DNA from: Candidatus Yanofskybacteria bacterium RIFCSPLOWO2_02_FULL_41_13
GTDB taxonomy: Bacteria > Patescibacteriota > Minisyncoccia > 2-02-FULL-40-12 > GWA2-44-9
Direction: 5' to 3'
Assembly (NCBI GenBank): GCA_001795735.1
Contig: MGKQ01000014.1
Coordinates: forward strand, 5,625-58,691
Length of the DNA stretch: 53,067 bases
A program made the translations under genes and the position numbers. Positions 19,066-27,795 of this stretch are shown one piece after another. Position 1 is the stretch's first letter. Each line of letters begins with the position of its first letter. A model generated the notes under the pieces. It was given only the letters and a program-made list of their open reading frames with translations, was not told the DNA's origin and ran no database searches.

Positions 19066-20907
19066 ATGAAGCGTTCCGATATAAGAAACATTGCTATTAT
19101 AGCCCACGTTGACCACGGAAAAACCACTCTCGTGGATTTTCTGTTGAAACAATCAAACACATTTCATGCAAAAGCCGAAGAACTGGGTCAGAATTTAATA
19201 ATGGATTCAAATGACTTGGAGCGGGAGAGGGGAATAACGATTTTAGCGAAAAACACCTCAGTTAAATTTGGGAAAATAAAGATAAATATAGTTGATACTC
19301 CCGGCCATGCTGATTTTGGAGGAGAGGTTGAGCGAACATTGAATATGGTTGATGGAGCCCTGCTTCTGGTTGACGCACAAGAAGGGCCGATGCCCCAAAC
19401 TAAATTTGTGCTTAAAAAAGCTATTGAAGCCAACCTTAAAATAATTGTAGTAATAAATAAAATAGATAAATCCGGGGCGGACATTAAACGGACAAATAAC
19501 GAGATAGCTAATTTATTTTTAAATCTTTCGCAAGATGAACACCACTTAGATTTTCCGACTATCTATACTATCGGCAGAGAAGGAAAGGCTTGGGATCATA
19601 TACCAACCGAGAAAGAGAAAGATGAACCGGCCAATCTCGAACCTTTATTTAAAAAGGTAATAGAATATATTCCTGCGCCAGAAGTTAGCACAGAAGCTCC
19701 TTTTCAACTTTTAGTTACTAATTTAGATAGGGATAATTATCAGGGCAAATATACCATCGGAAGAATTGCCAGAGGTAAGATAAAAAGAGGTCAGTCCGTT
19801 GTAGTTGTTGATTTTACCGGCAATAAAAATATCGGCAGAGTAGAAAAAATATTTACATTCGACGGCCTCAAAAGAACTGAAGTTGAGAAGATATCGGCAG
19901 GGGATATTGTGGCATTAACTGGAGTACCCAACGTTCATATCGGTATGACAGTTGCTGATGCAGTTTCTCCAGAAGCTTTACCCCCGATAACTGTGGAAGA
20001 ACCAACATTAAGAATAAAGCTTGGACCCAATACCTCGCCCTTTAAAGGTAGGGAAGGGACATTGCTTACCTCAAGACAGATTTCAGAAAGACTGCACCGC
20101 GAAGTAGAAACTAATATCGGCATGCACCTTGAAGAATTAGGAGGAACGGATTTTCTTGTATCTGGCAGGGGAGAGCTTCATCTCGCAATTCTAATTGAAA
20201 CTTTGCGTCGCGAGGGCTTTGAGCTAGAAATATCAAAACCAGAAGTAATAGTAAAAGAAATGGATGGAAAACAAATGGAGCCGTTCGAAGAAATTACGGT
20301 TGATATTCCGGAAGAGCATGTCGGGGTTATCACAACCGAATTTGGCAAAAGAAAAGCCGACCTCATTGATATGATCAATCACGGCAATGGCTATTCAAGA
20401 ATGGTCTACAATATAAGTACTCAAAACTTTCTTGGATTGAGAAATGATCTCATGACCAGCACTAGGGGTACGGCGGTGATCAACGGTATCCTACTTGGTT
20501 ATCGTGAGATGAAAGGAAGTTTGCCCAGAATCAGAAACGGCGCCTTGATTGCTTCAGAAACCGGCAAAGCAGTTGCTTTCGGTTTAGATGTAGCCCAGGG
20601 CAGGGGAGTGGTTTTTATTTCTCCGACAACGCAAGTTTACGAAGGAATGATTGTCGGGCTTAACTCCCGGAAAGAGGATCTGGAGATAAATGTCTGCAAA
20701 GGAAAAGAACTGACTAATATGCGTTCGAAAAGCGCTGACGAAGCAATAATATTAGCTCCACCGTTGGTGCTCTCGCTTGAGCAAGCGATAGATTTCGTAG
20801 AAGACGATGAACTTTTGGAGGTAACCCCGCAGTCTCTTCGGTTAAGAAAAAAATATCTGACAAAGAATGATCGGGTCAAGATTAAAAGAGAAAGCAAGGA
20901 GAATTAA
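19066..20907 (+). CDS. typA: Translational GTPase TypA/BipA
   Basis: IRNIAIIAHVDHGKTT, VSGRGELHL, C-terminal LSLEQAIDF...EVTPQSLRLRK. Confidence 0.97.
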   Translation: MKRSDIRNIAIIAHVDHGKTTLVDFLLKQSNTFHAKAEELGQNLIMDSNDLERERGITILAKNTSVKFGKIKINIVDTPGHADFGGEVERTLNMVDGALLLVDAQEGPMPQTKFVLKKAIEANLKIIVVINKIDKSGADIKRTNNEIANLFLNLSQDEHHLDFPTIYTIGREGKAWDHIPTEKEKDEPANLEPLFKKVIEYIPAPEVSTEAPFQLLVTNLDRDNYQGKYTIGRIARGKIKRGQSVVVVDFTGNKNIGRVEKIFTFDGLKRTEVEKISAGDIVALTGVPNVHIGMTVADAVSPEALPPITVEEPTLRIKLGPNTSPFKGREGTLLTSRQISERLHREVETNIGMHLEELGGTDFLVSGRGELHLAILIETLRREGFELEISKPEVIVKEMDGKQMEPFEEITVDIPEEHVGVITTEFGKRKADLIDMINHGNGYSRMVYNISTQNFLGLRNDLMTSTRGTAVINGILLGYREMKGSLPRIRNGALIASETGKAVAFGLDVAQGRGVVFISPTTQVYEGMIVGLNSRKEDLEINVCKGKELTNMRSKSADEAIILAPPLVLSLEQAIDFVEDDELLEVTPQSLRLRKKYLTKNDRVKIKRESKEN

Positions 20908-20961
20908 CTGATTGTAATGGATTTTTATTGGTTAGTGTATTAGAATCTATTGTAAGGTTAA

Positions 20962-22557
20962 TTATATCGCGGGGTGGAGAAATGGCATCTTGCAGGGCTC
21001 ATAACCCTGAGTTCCGGGTTCGAATCCCGGCCCCGCAACTAAGTCAGACCCATTGCCTGAATATGCTTGAGAAAGCGTGAATACAGGCGACAAAACAGCG
21101 GTGCCAATAGTTTCTGTTTTTCTATCAAAGATAATACCCTTTGGTAGCACCAGACGTTGGAATCGCTGTTTTTGTTTTGGGTCCATATCCTGCCATTGCC
21201 TAGAGATATTGCGCATAAACTTTGTTGCATAAGTTATCGCAGTTTCCATATCATACCCGTCAAGCTTTGTTTCGTTAGACGATATTTGCACGCCTGTAAT
21301 TTTATTATCCAACTCGTCCTTTAGGCGGCTAAATTCCTCTTTACTAATCTCGCCACCAATTCGCAGGTCCAATAGGCGCTGTTTTTTATTTAGTAAACTA
21401 TTCAGCTCTTTTTCATAGACAGTATTTAATCTCTGACTGTTATCGTGTTCTTTTTTCCATACTTCAATAACGGCTGTCTCAAAAATATTTAAAAAATCAT
21501 TGGTGGGACTAATTTTTTTCAGAAATGCGACAAATATTTCCTCTAGCTTATCGCGTGATATATTCCGGTTATAGTTTTGACACCCCCGAGTGTTGCACCT
21601 ATAGTATGAGTACCGTTTACTCCTACCAGACTGCCAGCTGCCAGTATATTTACCTCCGCACGTACAGGATACAAGTCCCCTTAAAACAAAGTCTGGGTTT
21701 AATTTTAATCGGGGTTTAGTGGCATTATTAGACAAACCAGATTTATAAAATTGTATTTGATTATGTTCCTCTGGTGAGATTGCCGGCTGGTGAAGCCCTT
21801 GGTGCCCCTCACTTGTCCACGGATTTATTAGGATACCGGAATAATATTTGTCGCGAAGCATTTTCTCAACCAGTTGCTTGTATATAGGCCTACCTGTCCG
21901 CGTTTTTAGTCCCCACTCTTGAAATGCTCCCGTAAGCGTTGTAATGGTGTGCTCACCGCGCGCAAATGCTTTTAAGCCCCTCTGGATTAAATAGAAACGT
22001 TCAGGGTCTATTTCGTCAGGACTATTTTTCCGTCGGTCACTTAATTTTTTACCGTGAATATAGCCAATGGGTGGCTGCCAAGGCCAAATACCTTCGATTA
22101 TTTTTCGCTGCATACCACCCTCACACCTCATTTTTCTTACGTCGTTCTCGAATTGAGCAAAAGTCGCTAACATACCCTCCATTGCCTTACCAGTAGCCCC
22201 TATCCCTATCATTGGCTCCATTACGGAATATAAAACGGTGCCATATTTTAAAAGTTGTGCCTGAAGCGCATAATGGTCAATCATATTGCGAGAAAACCTG
22301 TCCAACTTAAATACAATAAAATAATTAATTTTATCTTTATGTTCGCAACAGTAGGCTAAAGCCTTCGTAAGCTCAGTTCTATTAGCCGCCGTTGCGCTTT
22401 CCCCCTCCTCAATAAAGACCCTATCAACAGAAATACCATTGCGTTCAGCATATTCCAAACAAGCGATTTTTTGACTGGCAAGACTTGTTCCCTTTACTTG
22501 GTCTTGTGACGAAACCCTACAATAAATTATTCCGCGTGTTTTCATTTTGCTATTCAA
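20962..22557 (-). CDS. Large serine recombinase (element 1)
   Basis: YCRVSSQDQ nucleophile motif, recombinase domain, Zn ribbon (CTCG...YRCNTRGC), coiled coil; last 23 aa are read from the antisense of tRNA-fMet. Confidence 0.93.
   Translation of the reverse strand: MNSKMKTRGIIYCRVSSQDQVKGTSLASQKIACLEYAERNGISVDRVFIEEGESATAANRTELTKALAYCCEHKDKINYFIVFKLDRFSRNMIDHYALQAQLLKYGTVLYSVMEPMIGIGATGKAMEGMLATFAQFENDVRKMRCEGGMQRKIIEGIWPWQPPIGYIHGKKLSDRRKNSPDEIDPERFYLIQRGLKAFARGEHTITTLTGAFQEWGLKTRTGRPIYKQLVEKMLRDKYYSGILINPWTSEGHQGLHQPAISPEEHNQIQFYKSGLSNNATKPRLKLNPDFVLRGLVSCTCGGKYTGSWQSGRSKRYSYYRCNTRGCQNYNRNISRDKLEEIFVAFLKKISPTNDFLNIFETAVIEVWKKEHDNSQRLNTVYEKELNSLLNKKQRLLDLRIGGEISKEEFSRLKDELDNKITGVQISSNETKLDGYDMETAITYATKFMRNISRQWQDMDPKQKQRFQRLVLPKGIIFDRKTETIGTAVLSPVFTLSQAYSGNGSDLVAGPGFEPGTQGYEPCKMPFLHPAI
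20968..21038 (+). tRNA. tRNA-fMet (CAT), initiator; integration target
   Basis: C1:A72 mismatch, anticodon stem CAGGG/CCCTG with three G:C pairs, loop CTCATAA, TTCGAAT; no encoded CCA. Confidence 0.95.
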
Positions 22558-22567
22558 TTTATCCTTT

Positions 22568-22702
22568 CTAATAACCGTTATCGCATTTAATTTCTAGTCC
22601 AAAGGGCGTAAAAAACTCTACCTCATTAAAATCTTTATCTCGGAATTGAAAGGTCGCAAAGCTAGTGGGCTCATTACTTTTAAGGTTATTTGAGCTTTCC
22701 AC
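22568..22702 (-). CDS. Possible 44-aa small ORF directly upstream of recombinase 1
   Basis: Manual: GTG...MESSNNLKSNEPTSFATFQFRDKDFNEVEFFTPFGLEIKCDNGY; stop is followed by AAGGA and the recombinase start. Confidence 0.3.
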   Translation of the reverse strand: MESSNNLKSNEPTSFATFQFRDKDFNEVEFFTPFGLEIKCDNGY

Positions 22703-22775
22703 GGATTTTTATAAATAAAAATCCAATACTGTTCTCACTTTATCTAGCTTTTTTACTGGGGCTATTTTGCACTGG

Positions 22776-23285
22776 TTATTTATATACTTTTATATCACCT
22801 AAAAACGACGTAACCTCGCCGACTTTTTCGTCAGAGTAAGCGTCTTTTACTTCAAAATGCTGGTAGCCAGTAATAGCTTTTTTAAGCGTGGCTATTTTTG
22901 CCATAAAGTCTTTTTTAAATGCAACGGTTTGGGTATACCACGTAGCACCTGCATATACTACGGACGCTCTGTCGGAAAACTCGTAAGAGATAACTAAACC
23001 AGCTCGTTTTGCTAAGTCCATTACCTCATTAAGTTCTTTTTGTGCTGCCTCTTTAGACATTGTTGGACTAGCTGTCGGGGTTGCTGTTGGCTGGGATACG
23101 GTGTTAACTGGCTGATTTTGGACTGGTGAGATATTTTTACTATCGTCTGTAGCAGCACCAATTATGCCAATAAAAATAGTCACGGCTATCGTTGTTACAG
23201 TAACCCTTTTTCTAAAGCTCCAGCTTTTGTATTTTTGAATCCACGACCCCAAGCCTGTACCTGACATTTGTGTTTGTTGTTCCAT
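22776..23285 (-). CDS. Hypothetical membrane-anchored protein
   Basis: TM, Pro/Thr linker, small globular domain. Confidence 0.75.
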   Translation of the reverse strand: MEQQTQMSGTGLGSWIQKYKSWSFRKRVTVTTIAVTIFIGIIGAATDDSKNISPVQNQPVNTVSQPTATPTASPTMSKEAAQKELNEVMDLAKRAGLVISYEFSDRASVVYAGATWYTQTVAFKKDFMAKIATLKKAITGYQHFEVKDAYSDEKVGEVTSFLGDIKVYK

Positions 23286-23344
23286 TTTTTTAAATTATTT
23301 TTTATTTTTATGTCGCTCGACCTAACGACATTACACTACTATTT

Positions 23345-23502
23345 GGGCGGGCTTATTTAAACACAAAACCCGCCACAGGTGCGCCTTGCGGCGCATACAG
23401 GCCTTTCGACCTGCAACGTTCGACACGCCCTATGACGGGGTTAATATGTCGAACGGTTTTTTGCCATACCCACAAGAAAAAACCTGTGGGGTTAGGCAAC
23501 TC
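23345..23502 (-). ncRNA. Candidate multi-stem structured RNA or leader
   Basis: Minus-strand stems CGTTCGACA/TGTCGAACG, CAGGTC-GAAA-GGCCTG, TGCGCC-GCAA-GGCGCA (GNRA loops), CCCACAGG/CTTGTGGG. Confidence 0.55.
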
Positions 23503-23673
23503 TAATTTGTAGTTATTATAGCACATTTTAGGGTTCAGAGGTTTTAAGATTAATATTTTGGTTAATTTTGGTATTTAAAATTGATAAAAAATGGCTAATT
23601 ACCTAACAAATATGTGTTTTGTTCCCCCGTTTTTTAGTAATTTACTCAAAGTAACCCATATAAAACCTCATTT

Positions 23674-24516
23674 TCACTGGATTAATCTTCGGATAATATT
23701 GTTTATGTAAGCAGCAGGGTTATCAATTTTTTCTTTTGTTTTTAGTTCGTCAAAATGCTTGTAAGCTTGCTCTATTACTTTTAAACCGTGTTTATCGAGA
23801 ACTGAAAGTAAAAACTTCATATCTTGTTCCTCAACCTCTTGTGCTATAAGCCAAATCCTTTCCTCGTCCTTATTTTGTGGGTAAAAGCCATTATTGGTTA
23901 AAAGATTACGATTATTTAGTTTATTAAAAGGCGGCTTTGCCGCTCTTAATATATCGTAAGATATATTAAGAGTATTATTATCTTTTTTCTTATGGGTATG
24001 AGTATCCGTATTGTAACCTCTGACTTGGTTGGGTTTGAAAGGAAAAGAAAACATAGATAAAATGTCGTCTTTTTGCTTTTCCAACTTGTGACTAGCGGCT
24101 TCAACTTCGGGTTTAACCTCTGACTGGTTTGGGCTGTTTGTACTGTCCTCACTCGTGACCATTTCGGGATTAAAATACTTATCCAATGTTCTGATAATAT
24201 TATTAGGCATTATAAAATCACCAAAGTTCACCTCAAACGAACCTTTGCTACCCTGGCGGTCTTGATACCATATCAACTTTTTACCCCGTAATGACAGTAA
24301 TAATTTGTTAACGTAGTTCCCGCTAACCTTTCCGCCAAAAACGTCATTATTTATATCGCTTATACTTGTCACGGCTACCCCGTAGGGACTGCAATTAAGC
24401 CGTAAGTGCAGATACATAAAATACTCATTGCGGCTTATAACTTTCTTACGATAGAGCGACAAAATATCTCTTTGAAAATTAATCCAATTTTTAATTTTAT
24501 TTGGGCTGCTGCTCAT
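23674..24516 (-). CDS. Replication-initiator-like protein (putative wHTH N-terminus)
   Basis: YFMYLHLRLNCSPYG...VNKLLLSLRGKKLIWY wHTH-like; C-terminal KIDNPAAYINNII as in Rep/DnaD-type tails. Function inferred. Confidence 0.55.
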   Translation of the reverse strand: MSSSPNKIKNWINFQRDILSLYRKKVISRNEYFMYLHLRLNCSPYGVAVTSISDINNDVFGGKVSGNYVNKLLLSLRGKKLIWYQDRQGSKGSFEVNFGDFIMPNNIIRTLDKYFNPEMVTSEDSTNSPNQSEVKPEVEAASHKLEKQKDDILSMFSFPFKPNQVRGYNTDTHTHKKKDNNTLNISYDILRAAKPPFNKLNNRNLLTNNGFYPQNKDEERIWLIAQEVEEQDMKFLLSVLDKHGLKVIEQAYKHFDELKTKEKIDNPAAYINNIIRRLIQ

Positions 24517-24673
24517 AATTTTTTATGTTTTTGGTATTTTTATCTACAGGATTTTTAAGCCGGTACTCCGAGATAAATTCAGCAAGCGCAAGACAAGCGT
24601 CATAAAGCTGCTTATTTTTTTCTTTTTCACCCGTTTTATCGTCTAGGGTTTTATTTAACTTTCTATTTCTCAA
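24497..24673 (-). CDS. Possible 58-aa ORF overlapping the Rep-like start
   Basis: Manual: TTG...MRNRKLNKTLDDKTGEKEKNKQLYDACLALAEFISEYRLKNP...QQPK. Confidence 0.4.
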   Translation of the reverse strand: MRNRKLNKTLDDKTGEKEKNKQLYDACLALAEFISEYRLKNPVDKNTKNIKNYEQQPK

Positions 24674-24740
24674 ATTTAAATACCCCCAAGCAGCAGCCCC
24701 GCCGTTTGAGGGTATTTAAATGGGGCTGCAAACTTGTTTT

Positions 24741-24811
24741 AAACAAAAAACCCAGGTGATAAACACATAAACGCACGCAAAAAACGCGTATTTATGTGTT
24801 TACTACCTGGG
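24741..24811 (-). terminator. Long hairpin with U-tract upstream of Rep-like operon (attenuator-like)
   Basis: Minus strand CCCAGGT-AG-TAAACACATAAA...TTTATGTGTTTA-TC-ACCTGGG then TTTTTTGTTT. Confidence 0.6.
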
Positions 24812-25076
24812 TACTTAGGCCGTTTTAGGCATTATTTTGCCAAAAGATTGGATTGACCCCTATTGAGTGCCGCTAGGTTCCGTACTAAGTGGTATATGAT
24901 AACGGGTTTTGGTTATTTCCGTGTTTATACATTAACTTCACCGTGGGCAACGTGCAGTAAAACACTAAGGTATTTTGTGCCCTTTGGGACGGGCAACTTT
25001 GTTAATACGCAGATAATAGCACCCTGGTTTTGTAAGTCAACTATTTTAAGATATAATTAAAGCTAACACAGCCCCA

Positions 25077-25982
25077 ATGGCAAATCTATTTTTTATATTA
25101 TTACTAGTCTCTTTTGCGTCTTTAGTCGCCGGTCTTGTTAAACCGTCTCTATTTACTCGCATAAAACTACCAACAAGAAAACTCGTTGGACTAGTTTTTG
25201 GTGGAATAATGTTTGTGTCCCTTATCGGTATTGGTGCTACTGCACCCTCAAAACCTGAAACTGAATTAAAAAATGAGCAGCCACAGACAACTGTAACTGC
25301 AGCGCCAACTACAAAGGCCGCCCCGCTAAATCAGCAAGATACTAACGAGCAAGCCGACTTGTTTTTAGTAACCCGAGTAATCGACGGCGATACAATTGAA
25401 ATTGAGGGTGGGCAACGAATTAGATATATCGGTATAGATACACCTGAAACTGTTGACCCAAGAAAGCCGGTTCAATGTTTTGGAGTTGAAGCGTCTAATA
25501 AAAATAAAGAGCTGGTTTTAAATAAAAAGGTACGCCTTGAAAAAGACGTTAGTGAAGCTGATAAATACGGACGCTTACTGCGCTACGTTTATATTGGAAA
25601 TACTTTTGTAAATCTTGAGCTTGTACAACAGGGCTATGCTTACGCTTCAAGCTATCCACCTGACATTAAGTACCAAAACCAATTTACTAGCGCCCAGAGC
25701 GAAGCCAGAGAGCAAAACAAAGGGCTTTGGGGTGGCTGTCCTGTTGTTACTCAAACGACCACACCAATAGCCACACCAACGTTTACACCGCAACAGACAC
25801 AGCCACCCTCGTCTTGCGATATTAAAGGCAATATAGCTTCAGACGGCGAGAAAATATATCACGTAATTGGTTGTGCCTCATATAACGTAACAAAAATAGA
25901 CGAAGCACGCGGCGAGCAATGGTTCTGCACCGAGCAGGAAGCAGTGACGGCTGGCTGGCGAAAAGCATATAATTGTCCGTAG
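25077..25982 (+). CDS. Thermonuclease (SNase) family secreted nuclease with C-terminal Cys/His metal-binding domain
   Basis: RVIDGDTI, RYIGIDTPE, DKYGRLLRYV, AREQNKGLW; CDIKGNI...IYH...C...WFCTEQEA..AGWRKA. Confidence 0.92.
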   Translation: MANLFFILLLVSFASLVAGLVKPSLFTRIKLPTRKLVGLVFGGIMFVSLIGIGATAPSKPETELKNEQPQTTVTAAPTTKAAPLNQQDTNEQADLFLVTRVIDGDTIEIEGGQRIRYIGIDTPETVDPRKPVQCFGVEASNKNKELVLNKKVRLEKDVSEADKYGRLLRYVYIGNTFVNLELVQQGYAYASSYPPDIKYQNQFTSAQSEAREQNKGLWGGCPVVTQTTTPIATPTFTPQQTQPPSSCDIKGNIASDGEKIYHVIGCASYNVTKIDEARGEQWFCTEQEAVTAGWRKAYNCP

Positions 25983-26073
25983 TATGAACTATTATTTAGA
26001 GCTGATTAATCTTACAAGGCCTGCCCTAAAATAGGTGTGCCCATAAACTCTGTAAACCTAATAATATCAGCTA

Positions 26074-27744
26074 TTATTTGGTGCCAACTGCGTAACACTT
26101 CCGCAACAGAGAAGGAGAAGCAGACACAAAAGTGTCTGTTTTTCTTGTAATAGAGCCATTACTTAGCGGTTCGAAAGTGTAATTATTGGCTTTTAGGTCT
26201 TCCGAGATTATTTGGAGTGGGAAAAGCACATTATCTAAGGAAATGCTCAGCTTTTTGTCTTTTAATATGAAGTTCGAACCTAAAACCGAAAGTATCTGTC
26301 TTTTCACTTGAAGATCCTTGGTTGTATCAAATTTCTTCTTAGCATTTTCGGCAAACCTAAATACATCCTCAGCTAGTTCGAGCCAGTGTTCAACTCTCTT
26401 CCCAATATTCTGCATCCCGTTCTCTAGGCGCTCTTTTTCTCTTAATGTCTCGGATTTCTTAGTCAGATACTCTTGTTCAGTTAGTTCTTTGGCAGCTCTC
26501 ATATCAATTAAACCATCCAGCTTTTTAAGACATAGGTCGTAAGCTCTTTCTTGAGTAGCTAAAATCTGACCGCGTTCTTCTGATTCTTTAGCATTTTCAG
26601 ATTTTAACCATTTCATCGCAAATTCGTGGAAATCAGTTGGTATTTCAATTTTTTCTATAATTGAAGCAACCTGCTCGTTTAGAACATGCTCCTGGATTGC
26701 GTGCTGAGTGCAGTTTCGATTTTTACTCTTAGTGCAACGATAAATAATATAGTGGTGGATCGTGCCATTTTTTTGTTTCTTATATTTATCCTCAATGGTT
26801 ATCTGGCTGGTACACTCCCCGCATTTTATTATCCCACCACCGTAAGTAAACATTTTATCTTTCCTTGGTTTGGCTTTTAGCTTACTTCCCAATAAGAATT
26901 GAACTCGATTAAAAGTTTCTTCGCCTATCATTGGTTCGTGAGATCCTTTATAAAAACTACCGCTGCCTCTCGGATATTCGAAATAGCCGTAATAAAAACT
27001 ATCGTTGAATATTTTATATAGCGTACTCATAGACATTGGGCGACCGCCCTGTCTTTTGGAAGCTCTACTTTTATAACCCCAATCGTCATTCATCATTTTT
27101 TGAATTCGCCTTACACTGTAAGTTCCCATCGCCATCAGCTCCCAAGCTTTTTTAATTAAATCAAATCTTTCTAAATCTTTTTTGATATATCTTGAACCAC
27201 CGGCTAATTCGGGAGTATTTAGATAACCTGCCGGAGCAACACCGGGCATAGAACCTCGTTCACATTTAGTGGTTAAACCTCTTTTAACAACTTTGCTTTT
27301 ATCATCTGAATCTTTTTTGGCTATACCAAACTCTAACTGTAAAAAGAATTTATCGTCAGATTCGTTATAGTAGGTTTTGGTTACTGTTTTTACTTCTTTG
27401 ACAGTGCCTTCGTCCATAGCAGTAATAATCCAACCACCATCAAAAGCATTCCGGGCCAAACGATTTCCATGCCAAGTTAAAATCGAATTTGCCTCTCCTC
27501 TCTCAAGTCCAGCCATCATAGTTCCAAATATTTTTCGGCCGCGAGTATGAGCTGATTTCTCTTCTCTAAAAATCTTAACGACATGGAGTCCTTGATCCTC
27601 GGCTAATCTCTTTAGCTCCTTTTCTTGAGATTCAATGGACTGCATTTGCCGCTCCTTATTATCCTCGGAACTCTTACGACAATACATGTAGTATTTAACC
27701 CTGTCAGTATTAGTATGTTTCATAAATTTGCTATATTTTACCAC
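26074..27744 (-). CDS. Large serine recombinase (element 2)
   Basis: YCRKSSED, RLARNAFDGG, GVAPAGYLN, Zn ribbon (CGEC...YRCTKSKNRNC), coiled coil. Confidence 0.93.
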   Translation of the reverse strand: MVKYSKFMKHTNTDRVKYYMYCRKSSEDNKERQMQSIESQEKELKRLAEDQGLHVVKIFREEKSAHTRGRKIFGTMMAGLERGEANSILTWHGNRLARNAFDGGWIITAMDEGTVKEVKTVTKTYYNESDDKFFLQLEFGIAKKDSDDKSKVVKRGLTTKCERGSMPGVAPAGYLNTPELAGGSRYIKKDLERFDLIKKAWELMAMGTYSVRRIQKMMNDDWGYKSRASKRQGGRPMSMSTLYKIFNDSFYYGYFEYPRGSGSFYKGSHEPMIGEETFNRVQFLLGSKLKAKPRKDKMFTYGGGIIKCGECTSQITIEDKYKKQKNGTIHHYIIYRCTKSKNRNCTQHAIQEHVLNEQVASIIEKIEIPTDFHEFAMKWLKSENAKESEERGQILATQERAYDLCLKKLDGLIDMRAAKELTEQEYLTKKSETLREKERLENGMQNIGKRVEHWLELAEDVFRFAENAKKKFDTTKDLQVKRQILSVLGSNFILKDKKLSISLDNVLFPLQIISEDLKANNYTFEPLSNGSITRKTDTFVSASPSLLRKCYAVGTK

Positions 27745-27795
27745 ATTTTGTGAGTAAAATATAGGATTAATTGATTTCTGCGAAACGAACCCATT

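Larger units (their letters stand above)
21033..26107. mobile_element. Integrative element 1 (about 5.1 kb), large serine recombinase type
   Basis: Bounded by CCGCAAC at 21033-21039 and 26101-26107; recombinase ORF crosses the left core; carries a Rep-like gene and a thermonuclease. Confidence 0.8.

Noticed and set aside
1668-20897. Short antisense/alternate-frame ORFs within pil genes, ligA, ABC genes, gatA, typA
   Set aside because: Fully overlap well-supported genes and have no recognisable motifs.
24863-25060. 65-aa plus-strand ORF
   Set aside because: TTG start, no SD, no motif; lies in a probable divergent promoter region.
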